Assembly: GCA_963741095.1 (NCBI GenBank)
Contig: CAVUGN010000004.1
Span: forward strand, 32,001 to 96,000
DNA: 64,000 nt
Source: an uncultured Candidatus Micrarchaeota archaeon
Lineage (GTDB): Archaea; Micrarchaeota; Micrarchaeia; Micrarchaeales; Micrarchaeaceae
Direction: 5' to 3'
Shown here: positions 29,596 through 39,003 of the stretch, in pieces
Layout of the letters: every line of letters begins with the position of its first letter
How positions within the stretch are numbered: the stretch's first letter is position 1
The notes under the pieces: model-generated
Database searches by the model: none
What the model was told of the DNA's origin: nothing
What the model saw: the letters and a program-made list of their open reading frames with translations, nothing else
Translations under genes and position numbers: made by a program

Positions 29596-30642
29596 ATGGC
29601 AAACAAGAACGACAAGGGCAAATACTTGAACGAGAAGCTGAGGCACATAAGCATAGAGACGAAGACGATAAAGGACCTGGTGGACTCCTATTCATACATG
29701 GCGTTCCAGTCCAAGAACCTCGCCAACGCGGCGAACATATACGAGCGTATGCTCGAGGACAAGGACTGCTCTGTGATACTCTGCCTTGCCGGCTCGATAT
29801 TCAGCGCCGGCCTTAAGAACATAGTGCACAGGATGGTGAAGGACAACATGGTCGACGCGATAGTCTCGACCGGCGCGATAATGGTCGACCAGGACTTCTT
29901 CGAGGCCCTGGGATTCAGCCACTACCTCGGCACGCCGATGGTTGATGACGAAGAGCTCAGGTCGCTTGCGATAGACAGGATATACGACACGTTCATAGAC
30001 GAAGATCAACTGCGGGTCTGCGACGAAACGGTCGGGAAGATAGCGGATTCGCTCAAGCCCATACCTTACTCCTCAAGGGAATTCCTGGTGGAGATGGGCA
30101 GGTATCTCGACAAGGACAAGAACAACAAGGCAAAGGAACAGTCCGTGGTCTACGAGTGCTACCGAAAGGGAGTGCCGATATTCGTGCCCTCGTTCTCGGA
30201 CTGCAGCGCCGGCTTCGGTCTGCTGAAGCACCAGTGGGATCACCCGCAGAGCCACGTCTCCATAGACACGGCGAAGGACTTCCTTGAATTGACGAAGGTG
30301 AAGATTGCGTCCAAAGAAACGGGACTGTTGATGATCAGCGGCGGCGTGCCGAAGAACTTCGCACAGGATGTTGTGGTCGCGACAGACGTACTCGGATTCG
30401 AAAAGCCGATGCACAAGTACGCCATACAGATAACCGTGGCGGACGAGCGTGATGGCGGCCTTTCAGGCTCAACTCTCAAGGAGGCCCATTCATGGGGTAA
30501 GGTCAACCTGAGCAACACGCAGATGGTCTACTCGGAAGCGACATTGGCGCTGCCGATCATTGCCTCATACGTGCACGAAAAGGGCGCATGGAAGAACAGG
30601 AAGGACAAGAACTACAACGCGGTTCTTGCGAAGCAGAGCTGA
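29596..30642 (+). CDS. Deoxyhypusine synthase family protein, SpeY-like
   Basis: DAIVSTGA, DFFEALGF.HY, IDRIYD, GGVPKNF, DGGLSGSTLKEAHSWGK (catalytic Lys present); GGAGGTGA RBS. Confidence 0.9.
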   Translation: MANKNDKGKYLNEKLRHISIETKTIKDLVDSYSYMAFQSKNLANAANIYERMLEDKDCSVILCLAGSIFSAGLKNIVHRMVKDNMVDAIVSTGAIMVDQDFFEALGFSHYLGTPMVDDEELRSLAIDRIYDTFIDEDQLRVCDETVGKIADSLKPIPYSSREFLVEMGRYLDKDKNNKAKEQSVVYECYRKGVPIFVPSFSDCSAGFGLLKHQWDHPQSHVSIDTAKDFLELTKVKIASKETGLLMISGGVPKNFAQDVVVATDVLGFEKPMHKYAIQITVADERDGGLSGSTLKEAHSWGKVNLSNTQMVYSEATLALPIIASYVHEKGAWKNRKDKNYNAVLAKQS

Positions 30643-30718
30643 TCGGCAGACCTGATTGCGTTGCAATACGCGGTCAGCCGGAGGCCTGTTGCAGCAACCC
30701 GGTCATCACGAGAGCAGA

Positions 30719-32014
30719 TCATCTGATCTCGGCTTCGGGGAAGTCCAGGGTTGCAAAATAATCTTCCGGGGTTTCTGCGCGCCTGATCAACTTTGCTTTT
30801 CCTGTACTCTGCATCAGAATCTCTGCACTGCGAAGCTTGCCATTATAATTGAAGCCCATCGCATGGCCATGCGCTCCGGCATTGTGTATCGCAAGTATGT
30901 CGCCCATCTTTATCTCCGGAAGCATACGGTCGACGGCAAACTTGTCGTTGTTTTCGCACAGCGATCCGACGACGTCGTATTTGTGGTCTCGCGGCGCGCC
31001 CTCCTTCCCTAGAATCGTGATGTGGTGATAAGCGCCGTACATCGCGGGGCGCATCAGGTTGGCCATGCACGCATCGACGCCTATGTACTCCTTGTAGATG
31101 TGCTTCTCGTGGATCGCGGTCGTTACCAGGTAGCCGAAGGGCCCGGTCATCATCCTGCCGTTCTCCATGAATATCTTAAGCGGCGCGAACCCGTTCTTCT
31201 CTATCTTTTCCGCATAAGCCGCGCGAATTCCGTCTGAAACCACCTGCAGGTCCACTGGCTTCTGCTCGGGCTTGTACGGTATCCCTATGCCCCCGCCCAG
31301 ATTCACAAACTCGAATCTTATCCCCAGTTTGCGCGAGAGTTCGACCACCAGGTCGAAGAGCATGTTGGCCGTTTCTATGAACGCCTGCGGGTCCAGCTCG
31401 TTCGAGGCTATCATCGTGTGCAGGCCGAAACGCTTCACTCCCTTGGCCTTCATTGCCGCATAGGCTTCGAAGAGCTGCGGCCTCGTAAGCCCGTACTTCG
31501 CCTGCTCCGGATTTCCGATCACGTTGCCCGCCGCGGTTTTTCTCAAAGGGCCGGGGTTGTACCTGAAGCATATTATGCCCGGTATGCCGGCGTGCTCTTC
31601 CAAGAAAGGGATGTGCGTTATATCGTCAAGGTTGATTATCGCGCCAAGCTCCATGGCCTTCTTGTACTCCCCCGCGGGGGTGTCGTTCGACGTGAACATT
31701 ATGCTCTCTCCCTTTATTCCGACCTTCTCGGCAAGCAGCAGCTCTGGCAGAGAGCTGCAATCTGCGCCGCATCCCTCCTTTTTCAAGATCTCGACCAAAT
31801 AGGGATTCGGGCAGGCCTTTACCGCGAAATAGTTCTTGAACCCCTGTGCCCATGCGAAGGTCTTGTACAATTTCCTTGCATTATCCCTGATGCTTTTCTC
31901 ATCGTAGATGTGGAAGGGAGTGGGATTCGTCTCCATTATCTTCCGGATCTGCGCCTCGCTGAAAAACAGGTCCTTGTCGTTGTTCATCGGATCCACCAAA
32001 CACAGCGTGTTCAT
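30719..32014 (-). CDS. lysA: Diaminopimelate decarboxylase
   Basis: TPFHIYDE, YFAVKAC (PLP Lys), NLGGG, ENGR, RPAMYGAYH, GSLCENND, MGFNYN. Confidence 0.93.
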   Translation of the reverse strand: MNTLCLVDPMNNDKDLFFSEAQIRKIMETNPTPFHIYDEKSIRDNARKLYKTFAWAQGFKNYFAVKACPNPYLVEILKKEGCGADCSSLPELLLAEKVGIKGESIMFTSNDTPAGEYKKAMELGAIINLDDITHIPFLEEHAGIPGIICFRYNPGPLRKTAAGNVIGNPEQAKYGLTRPQLFEAYAAMKAKGVKRFGLHTMIASNELDPQAFIETANMLFDLVVELSRKLGIRFEFVNLGGGIGIPYKPEQKPVDLQVVSDGIRAAYAEKIEKNGFAPLKIFMENGRMMTGPFGYLVTTAIHEKHIYKEYIGVDACMANLMRPAMYGAYHHITILGKEGAPRDHKYDVVGSLCENNDKFAVDRMLPEIKMGDILAIHNAGAHGHAMGFNYNGKLRSAEILMQSTGKAKLIRRAETPEDYFATLDFPEAEIR

Positions 32015-33234
32015 ACCTTAAGATTTCTCTTTATGCTGCCCACCGCCTTGACAACATTCTCGCGATGCCCGAAAGCGCTCACCCTGAAGTATCCTTCACC
32101 CGAAGGGCCGAAGCCTGCGCCCGGGGTTATGACGACATGCGCCTCGGAGAGCATCTTGTCGAAAAACTGCCACGAACCCATGCCGTTTGGCGTCTTGGCC
32201 CAGATGTAAGGCGCGTTTGTGCCACCAAAAATCCTGAACCCCCTGTCGCGCAGCCCTTCGCCGATTATGCGCGCGTTTTCCATGTAGTAGTCTATGGTCT
32301 GCTGGTTCTCTTTCAGGCCCTGTTCGGAAATGGCGGCCAGCCCGCCCTCCTGCGCTATGTTTGAGGCGCCGTTGAACATCGTGGTCTGCCTCCGGTTCCA
32401 GAGGGCGTTAACCTTCCCCGCAGCCGCATCCTCAGTCACAAGCGCCTTGGGCACCACGCTCCAACCCAGACGCACGCCCGTGAACCCCGAACTCTTCGAA
32501 AAACTGTTTATCTCTATTGCGCATTCCTTTGCGCCGTCGACTTCGTATATGCTTCTCGGCAGTTCCGGGTCCGAGATGAAGGAGTGGTATGCGGCATCGA
32601 ATATGATCACGGCCTTATTTTTGCGGGCGTAATCCACAAACACTTTCAACTGCGCTTTTGTTGCGACCGCGCCAGTGGGGTTGTTCGGACTGCAGAGGTA
32701 GATCATATCGACCTTCTGCTTCGGGACTTCCGGGAAGAACCCGTTCTCTTCCGTGCAGGGCATGTACACCAGCCCCTCATAGGTTGTGCCGTTGGCCCTT
32801 CCAGTCCTTCCGGCAATAACGTTGCTGTCGACGTACACCGGGTATGCCGGATCCTGCACGGCGACGACGTCGCTCATGCCGAAAATCGACTGTATGTTCG
32901 CGGAATCTGGTTTTGCCCCGTCGCTCACGAACACCTCATCGACCTCAAGTTTTACGCCGCGCCGCGCGTAGAATCCTGCGAGCGCCTTCCTCAGTGCAGC
33001 GTTTCCCTGTTCATCCCCGTAGCCGGTGTAAGTCTTGACATCCTTTAATTTTTCGACTCCTGAGCGAAGCCCATCTATCACGCAGGGAAGCAGGGGTTCT
33101 GTCGTGTTCCCGATGCCGAGGCGGAGAATCTCCACGCCGGGATGCACCGCGATGAACTCGTTTGTCCTTTTTGCCACTTCCGGGAACAGATATCCCGCGC
33201 CCAGCTTATCATAATTCTGGTTTATTGTAGCCAT
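32011..33234 (-). CDS. dapL: LL-diaminopimelate aminotransferase
   Basis: GYLFPE, LGIG, GYGDEQG, SDGAK, PVYVD, CSPNNPTG, SFSKSSGFTGVR. Confidence 0.95.
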   Translation of the reverse strand: MATINQNYDKLGAGYLFPEVAKRTNEFIAVHPGVEILRLGIGNTTEPLLPCVIDGLRSGVEKLKDVKTYTGYGDEQGNAALRKALAGFYARRGVKLEVDEVFVSDGAKPDSANIQSIFGMSDVVAVQDPAYPVYVDSNVIAGRTGRANGTTYEGLVYMPCTEENGFFPEVPKQKVDMIYLCSPNNPTGAVATKAQLKVFVDYARKNKAVIIFDAAYHSFISDPELPRSIYEVDGAKECAIEINSFSKSSGFTGVRLGWSVVPKALVTEDAAAGKVNALWNRRQTTMFNGASNIAQEGGLAAISEQGLKENQQTIDYYMENARIIGEGLRDRGFRIFGGTNAPYIWAKTPNGMGSWQFFDKMLSEAHVVITPGAGFGPSGEGYFRVSAFGHRENVVKAVGSIKRNLKV

Positions 33235-33357
33235 CGACCCACCGAATTACGCTTGGCAATCAAAAATATATAAGGCTTGCCCAAAGCGTGCTGCGTCGGA
33301 TGATCATGCCTGCCCAAGACTTTTAAAATTAGCATAAAGCTCCGGAAAGACCTGTCA

Positions 33358-34992
33358 TCAGCCTTTCTTCGAAAGGCATGCTGCCACGAACCCGATGAAG
33401 ACGGGACTCGGCCTCTCAAGCCTTGAGTTGAACTCAGGATGGAACTGGGTGCCCAGATAGAATCTCTTGCCCTTCAGCTCGGCAATCTCCATTATCTTAC
33501 CGCTCGCCGAGGCGCCTGAAAATATCAAACCGTTCTTCTCAAGCTCGTTAACGTAATTGAGGTTTATCTCGTACCTGTGCCTGAATCTCTCCATCGCCAT
33601 GTCCTTGCCATAAAGCTTGCGGGCGAACGTGCCATCCTTTATCGCTATCTCGCGCAGTCCCAGCCTGTTGGTCGCGCCCATCATCTCGGTGAACTTCTGC
33701 TCTGGCATCAGGTCCACAACGGGGTGCGTCGTCTTCGGATCCGCCTCGGTCGAATTCGCATCATTCATCCCGCAGACGTTCCTCGCGAACTCCACGACCA
33801 TGTACTGCATCCCGAAGCACAATCCCAGGTAAGGCAGGTCGTTCTCCCTCGCGTACCTTGCGCATTCCACCTTGCCTTCGGTGCCCCGCGGCCCGTAGCC
33901 GCCCGGCACGATAATGCCGTCGCAGCCCTTCAGCGCCTCTGCCGCGCTCTTGCTGTCCACTATGTCCGTTGTCTCGACCCATCTCAGGTCGACCTCGCAG
34001 TCCGCGCTCGCGCCCGCATGCACCAGCGCCTCCTTTATGCTGACATAAGCGTCCTTCAATGCGGTGTACTTGCCCGTTATCGCAACCGTAACCTTCTTCT
34101 TCGGATTCTCTATCCTTGCAACAAGCTCGTTCCAGTTCTTGAGGTTGCTCTCTTCCCCCTTCAGGCCCAACTTGTCGAGTATCAATCTGCTCAGGTTCTG
34201 GCTCTCGAACAATTGGGGCACGCCGTATATCGTCTTGGAATCGTAATCGTCTATGACCGCTTCTGGCTGCACGTTGCAGAACATCGCTATCTTCCTTCTG
34301 GCGTCTGCGGACAGCCTCGCCCCGCTCCTGCACAGTATTATGTCCGGCTGCACGCCCATGCCCTGAAGCGCCCTTGTCGCATGCTGCGTGGGCTTTGTCT
34401 TCTGCTCGCCCACCGCATCCATAACTGGAACGTACGTTACCTGCACTATCGCGACATTCCCTCTTTCCTCCAACGTGAGCTGCCTCATGGCCTCTATGAA
34501 GTATGCGTTCTCCAAATCTCCGACAGTGCCTCCGACCTCTATGAGCACCACATCGGCCTTGTAGTTGCTGCCAACCCTCTTTATCCACTTCTTGATCTCG
34601 TTGGTCAGGTGCGGTACTATCTGGACGTCATCGCCGAGATAGACCCCCTTTCTCTCATTGTCGATCACGTACTTGAGTATCTTGCCCCCGGTTATGTTGT
34701 TGTCGCCGCTGAGGTCGATGTTGAGGAATCTTTCATAGGTGCCGAGGTCCATGTCGCACTCGCAGCCGTCGTCGAGCACGAAGACCTCCCCATGCTTGTA
34801 GGGGTTGATCGTTCCGCAATCGGTGTTGAGGTAGCCGTCGAATTTTATCGGCACCACGCTGAAGCCCCTCGCCTGCAGCTGCCTTCCTATCGAAGCGGTT
34901 GCTATGCCCTTGCCAAGGCCGCTCATCAGAGAGCCAAGGATTACAACATACTTCCTCTTCGCAGCTCCAGAAACTCCAACGTCACCCTGCAC
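33358..34992 (-). CDS. pyrG: CTP synthase
   Basis: SGLGKG, HGEVFV, KTKPTQH, GLCFGMQ, QFHPE; start taken at a GTG after a G-rich RBS. Confidence 0.97.
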   Translation of the reverse strand: MQGDVGVSGAAKRKYVVILGSLMSGLGKGIATASIGRQLQARGFSVVPIKFDGYLNTDCGTINPYKHGEVFVLDDGCECDMDLGTYERFLNIDLSGDNNITGGKILKYVIDNERKGVYLGDDVQIVPHLTNEIKKWIKRVGSNYKADVVLIEVGGTVGDLENAYFIEAMRQLTLEERGNVAIVQVTYVPVMDAVGEQKTKPTQHATRALQGMGVQPDIILCRSGARLSADARRKIAMFCNVQPEAVIDDYDSKTIYGVPQLFESQNLSRLILDKLGLKGEESNLKNWNELVARIENPKKKVTVAITGKYTALKDAYVSIKEALVHAGASADCEVDLRWVETTDIVDSKSAAEALKGCDGIIVPGGYGPRGTEGKVECARYARENDLPYLGLCFGMQYMVVEFARNVCGMNDANSTEADPKTTHPVVDLMPEQKFTEMMGATNRLGLREIAIKDGTFARKLYGKDMAMERFRHRYEINLNYVNELEKNGLIFSGASASGKIMEIAELKGKRFYLGTQFHPEFNSRLERPSPVFIGFVAACLSKKG

Positions 34993-35210
34993 GATACCCC
35001 CTCTCTTAGCATTTACCCACAAGCCTTTTTAAGGATTTATGAAAAAAATCGCACCTGTAGCAACCAATAGATATCTTGGCATGGACAAAAGAATAGATAC
35101 TTTGGCTTCGTATAGCCCGTAAAAGAAGAATGAGGGTAAAAATGCGCCCGTGTCACTCGGATTCGGGGGAAATTCGGCATAGTCGGCAGTTCCAGAATCA
35201 GTGATTTATT

Positions 35211-36083
35211 TTGTCAGACCAAAAACACCTCATAAAGGGCATCGTCTTCAGGCTGGTCAAGAAGCACATCGCCGGCTCGACGACCCAGTCGGTTCTCGAG
35301 GCGGTCAGGAGGCTCAACACGTTGGGCATGCATGCAACTGTTACATTGCTGAACGACCACATAGAGCAGCCGCAGCAGGCACGCTACAACGCGAACGCCT
35401 ACGTGCAGCTGATAAAGCAGACCTCAAGGCTGAACCTCAATTCAGACGTATCGCTTAGGCTGACCCAATTGGGCTACGGCCTGGACAGCTCGCTCATGGG
35501 CAAGAATCTCAACGAGGTCATCGACGCGGCCGTGGAAAACAAGCAGAAGGTCTGGCTGGAGAGCGAGAGCAGCATAGACACGGCAGACATGCTATCTCTC
35601 TACCACGAGTTCAAAGACGGCCACAACTGCTTGGGCATGGAGGTGATACCGAGCAACGAGGAGAAGAGCAGCGTGCTCGGATCGATAAGGTCGAAAGACT
35701 TGATCAAGGTCAAGTGCCACCTGCACGGCAAGGAATCCGGCAACAGGAAGGAGAGCTTCGACGCGCTGAAGCTGTACAGGAGCTACATAGACGGGCTCAG
35801 GGCCGCAAAGGCGAACGTGACAATCCTCGACCACAACGCCGGCCTGATAGGCAAGATAGCCGCGCTGAGCAAGGACTACAAGGACGAGGTGACCTTCGAG
35901 GCGCCGATGGGCTACGGGGGCAAAAAACTAAAAAACCTATCAGAGAAGAAGTTCAATATGAGCGTTTACGTGCCCTACGGAAAGGACTGGGTTCCATACA
36001 TGATAAACCGCCTTGCCGAGGGTAGGATAAGAAACATCGCCATAGCGCTGCTGAACGGCGAGAATGGTCATGAGCATGGCTGA
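35211..36083 (+). CDS. Proline dehydrogenase-fold protein, apparently degenerate
   Basis: HIAG..., SLRLTQLG and VYVPYGKDWVPYM..RLAE match PRODH ends; the central FAD motifs are altered. Confidence 0.8.
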   Translation: MSDQKHLIKGIVFRLVKKHIAGSTTQSVLEAVRRLNTLGMHATVTLLNDHIEQPQQARYNANAYVQLIKQTSRLNLNSDVSLRLTQLGYGLDSSLMGKNLNEVIDAAVENKQKVWLESESSIDTADMLSLYHEFKDGHNCLGMEVIPSNEEKSSVLGSIRSKDLIKVKCHLHGKESGNRKESFDALKLYRSYIDGLRAAKANVTILDHNAGLIGKIAALSKDYKDEVTFEAPMGYGGKKLKNLSEKKFNMSVYVPYGKDWVPYMINRLAEGRIRNIAIALLNGENGHEHG

Positions 36084-37095
36084 TACTGACAAGCAGAAGA
36101 CTCCGACGATCGATGTCGTCACCGGGGCGACCTCGAGCCTCGGCATCCGCCTTGTGAGGGAGCTTTTGAAGAGGGGCGACGAGGTGCGGGTCATAGTGAA
36201 GGAAAAACCGACCGTGGCCGAGGACTGGAGGACCCTGCCCGCGGGATGCATACCCTACATCGCTGACATAACCCTGAAGGAGGAGGGCGACAAGGACGTG
36301 ATAGCGAGCGCCTGCGTGGGGGCTAACAACATCTTCCACCTTGCGGCCGCGACCTACAACTACAAATACAGGTACCAGGAGATGATAGACACCAACGTGA
36401 TAGGCACGGAGAACGTGATACGGGCGTACCTCGAAGCGAACGCGAACAAGAGCACGGTCGTGCAATTGATATACACGAGCAGCGTCACGGTCTACGGCTA
36501 CCACCGCCTCGGCGAAGAGCTGACGGAAGACTCGGAGACGAGGCCCACGGAGGGCTATTCGGAGACTAAGCTGATGGGCGAGAAGGTGATACAGTCCTTC
36601 GCGACCGCAGATCCGCGGATAAGGTACACCATATTCAGGCTCGGAACGATGTACGGCGAGGGCTACGAGTCGGAGTTCTACAAGATATTCAAGATGCTCA
36701 AGAGCAAGGACGCAAAGTACATAGGGAACGCGCGCAACCACCTGACTCTTGTCAACGTCAGCGATGCGGCGAAGGCGCTGGTGCTCGCGTCAGGCAATGA
36801 CAAAAGCATAAACAAGGTCTACAACATCACCGACGGGGTGCCCTACACGCAGAAGGACCTCTTCGACCAGGCGGCGCAGTTCCTGGGGGTAAAGCCCCCA
36901 TCAAGCGGTCTTCACCCGCTGATAGCGAAGATAGGCGCGAGGATGTCCGGGCTGAACTACGACGAGTTCGAGTTCCTGGTGAGCGACAGGGTAATAAAGA
37001 TAGACAAAGCAAAGAAAGAGCTGGGGTACAAGCCATTGTGCAGCATGGACGTCGAGGGCAAGCAGATGGCAAAGAACTTCATGAAAAAAGGTTGA
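36076..37095 (+). CDS. NAD-dependent epimerase/dehydratase (extended SDR)
   Basis: VTGATSSLG, FHLAA, NVIGT, TSS, YSETK. Confidence 0.9.
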   Translation: MADTDKQKTPTIDVVTGATSSLGIRLVRELLKRGDEVRVIVKEKPTVAEDWRTLPAGCIPYIADITLKEEGDKDVIASACVGANNIFHLAAATYNYKYRYQEMIDTNVIGTENVIRAYLEANANKSTVVQLIYTSSVTVYGYHRLGEELTEDSETRPTEGYSETKLMGEKVIQSFATADPRIRYTIFRLGTMYGEGYESEFYKIFKMLKSKDAKYIGNARNHLTLVNVSDAAKALVLASGNDKSINKVYNITDGVPYTQKDLFDQAAQFLGVKPPSSGLHPLIAKIGARMSGLNYDEFEFLVSDRVIKIDKAKKELGYKPLCSMDVEGKQMAKNFMKKG

Positions 37096-37099
37096 TAAA

Positions 37100-37885
37100 A
37101 TGAAAGAGGGGAAGGTAGAACTATACATCAAAGAGATGCTGCAGACGAAGGGCGCGATGCTCTTCACGCTGATAGACCCCGTTGACTATGATTCGGTTGA
37201 CGATGCAGTCAAGACCGCGAAGAGGTGCGCGGACGCCTGCGCTGACATGATAGTGATAGGCGGCAGCACAGAAGTCCAGGGCGAGATACTTGACGACACG
37301 GCGAAGCGGATAAAAGAGGAGGTGGACGTGCCGATCGTGCTCTTCCCGGGCAACATCTCCACCGTCACAAAGTACGCGGACGCGATATACTTCATGTCGA
37401 TGCTCAACGCGAGGAACCCATACTGGATAACGCAGGCGCAGATGCTGTCGGCTCCGGCGATAAAGAAGTTCAACCTGGAACCATTGCCGCTGGGCTACAT
37501 AATCATCTCTCCGGGCGGCACTGCCGGCTGGGTCGGAGACGCCAACTTCGTGCCGAGGGAGAAGCCGAAGATAGCCGCTTCGTTGGCTCTTGCGGGCGAG
37601 TACCTGGGCAACAGGTTCATCATAACCGATACCGGGTCGAATCCAAGGCTGCAGAATTCCGGACCCGTGCCAAAGGAGATGATAAGGGCAGTCAGGGCAA
37701 CAATATCCGTTCCCTACATAGTGGCAGGCGGCATAATGTCGGAGAAGGAGCTCAGCGATGCTTATTCTGCAGGTGCGGACATAGTCCAGATCGGCACGGC
37801 ACTGGAAAGCTCCAGCGCATCGTACCGCAAGATAGAATCCTTCTGCAGGGTAGTGAAGGAGGAGGGCAGGAAGAAGCTCAGGTAA
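37100..37885 (+). CDS. Geranylgeranylglyceryl phosphate synthase
   Basis: TLIDP, IGGST, LFPGN, ADAIYFMSMLNARNPYWI, GTAGWVG, AGADIVQIGT. Confidence 0.95.
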   Translation: MKEGKVELYIKEMLQTKGAMLFTLIDPVDYDSVDDAVKTAKRCADACADMIVIGGSTEVQGEILDDTAKRIKEEVDVPIVLFPGNISTVTKYADAIYFMSMLNARNPYWITQAQMLSAPAIKKFNLEPLPLGYIIISPGGTAGWVGDANFVPREKPKIAASLALAGEYLGNRFIITDTGSNPRLQNSGPVPKEMIRAVRATISVPYIVAGGIMSEKELSDAYSAGADIVQIGTALESSSASYRKIESFCRVVKEEGRKKLR

Positions 37886-37889
37886 TCCT

Positions 37890-38996
37890 TTGCGACAGCT
37901 CTACACCATCGAGCTCATCTCGCTTGTGAAGGAGTTGCAGGCGCTGGTGGGCTTCCATGTCGACAAGTTCTACGAGAGCGAAGAGAGCACCTTCAGGCTG
38001 AGCCTTAGCAAAAAGGGAGAGAAGGCTGACGTTCGATGCGCGTTGCCGTACGCGATAGGGAAGACCGAGTACATAGAGCAGGCGGAGGAGCCGACGAATT
38101 TCGCGGTCGCGGTAAGGAAGAAGATCTCCGGGTTCGTGATAGATGCGATAGAGCAGTACAACAACGACCGCATAATACTCATAAGGATGAAGAAGGGCGA
38201 GGAAAGCGTCAGCATGATACTGGAGATGTTCGGGCAGGGAAATCTCATAATAGCGGACAACGAAATGAAGGCACTGCTGGTCTACAAGCCGCACACATTC
38301 AAGGACAGGACCGTGCAGACAAACTCGAAGTACACGCCTCCGAGCAGCAACAACATCGACCTTCTTGACGCGAAAGCCGTGGAAGAGCGGATAAAAAATG
38401 TCGGAGAGGACAAGAGCGAATCAATCATGGAATCCGTTTCGAAAAATGTCGGAATGGGCAAGCTGTACCTAGAAGATGCCATGGTGAAAGCGGGCATTGA
38501 CCCCAAATCAAAATCCGGAACCATCAAAGAAAGATTGACCGATCTCTCGAAGTGCATAAACCAGGAGATAAAAGACTGCACGGGCGGCAAAACAATAAAC
38601 GTCTACAAAAAGGACGGGGAGATGGCCGATTTTTCCCTGGGAGACATCCGCAAGTATTCCAAATTCGAGTGCGTGAAATGCGGCTCGTTGCAGGAAGCGT
38701 TGGATCTTGCATACCAAAACAGGGCGCAGCATGCGACCACAAAGAACGAGGAAGTGGAAGGCCTCAAAATAAGCATAAGCAGACAGAAGGCGACGTTGGC
38801 GGAAATAGACCAGCAGATTGCGGACAACAAAAATATCGGGGACATGATACTGAACAACATGCTGCAGATAAACGATCTCATAAAGAAATCGAACGAGAAC
38901 AGGCACATCACGAAAGAGGAATTGCAGAGGCTCTCAAAAGGCATAAAGATATTGGATATAAATCTAAAAGACAAGACTGTAACCATTGAGCTGTAG
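37890..38996 (+). CDS. NFACT/RqcH N-terminal portion (NFACT-N, HhH, first coiled coil)
   Basis: PTNFAVAVRK, IEQYNNDRII, LEMFGQGNLII; ends at KTVTIEL without NFACT-R. Confidence 0.85.
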   Translation: MRQLYTIELISLVKELQALVGFHVDKFYESEESTFRLSLSKKGEKADVRCALPYAIGKTEYIEQAEEPTNFAVAVRKKISGFVIDAIEQYNNDRIILIRMKKGEESVSMILEMFGQGNLIIADNEMKALLVYKPHTFKDRTVQTNSKYTPPSSNNIDLLDAKAVEERIKNVGEDKSESIMESVSKNVGMGKLYLEDAMVKAGIDPKSKSGTIKERLTDLSKCINQEIKDCTGGKTINVYKKDGEMADFSLGDIRKYSKFECVKCGSLQEALDLAYQNRAQHATTKNEEVEGLKISISRQKATLAEIDQQIADNKNIGDMILNNMLQINDLIKKSNENRHITKEELQRLSKGIKILDINLKDKTVTIEL

Positions 38997-39003
38997 TGTT
39001 CGC

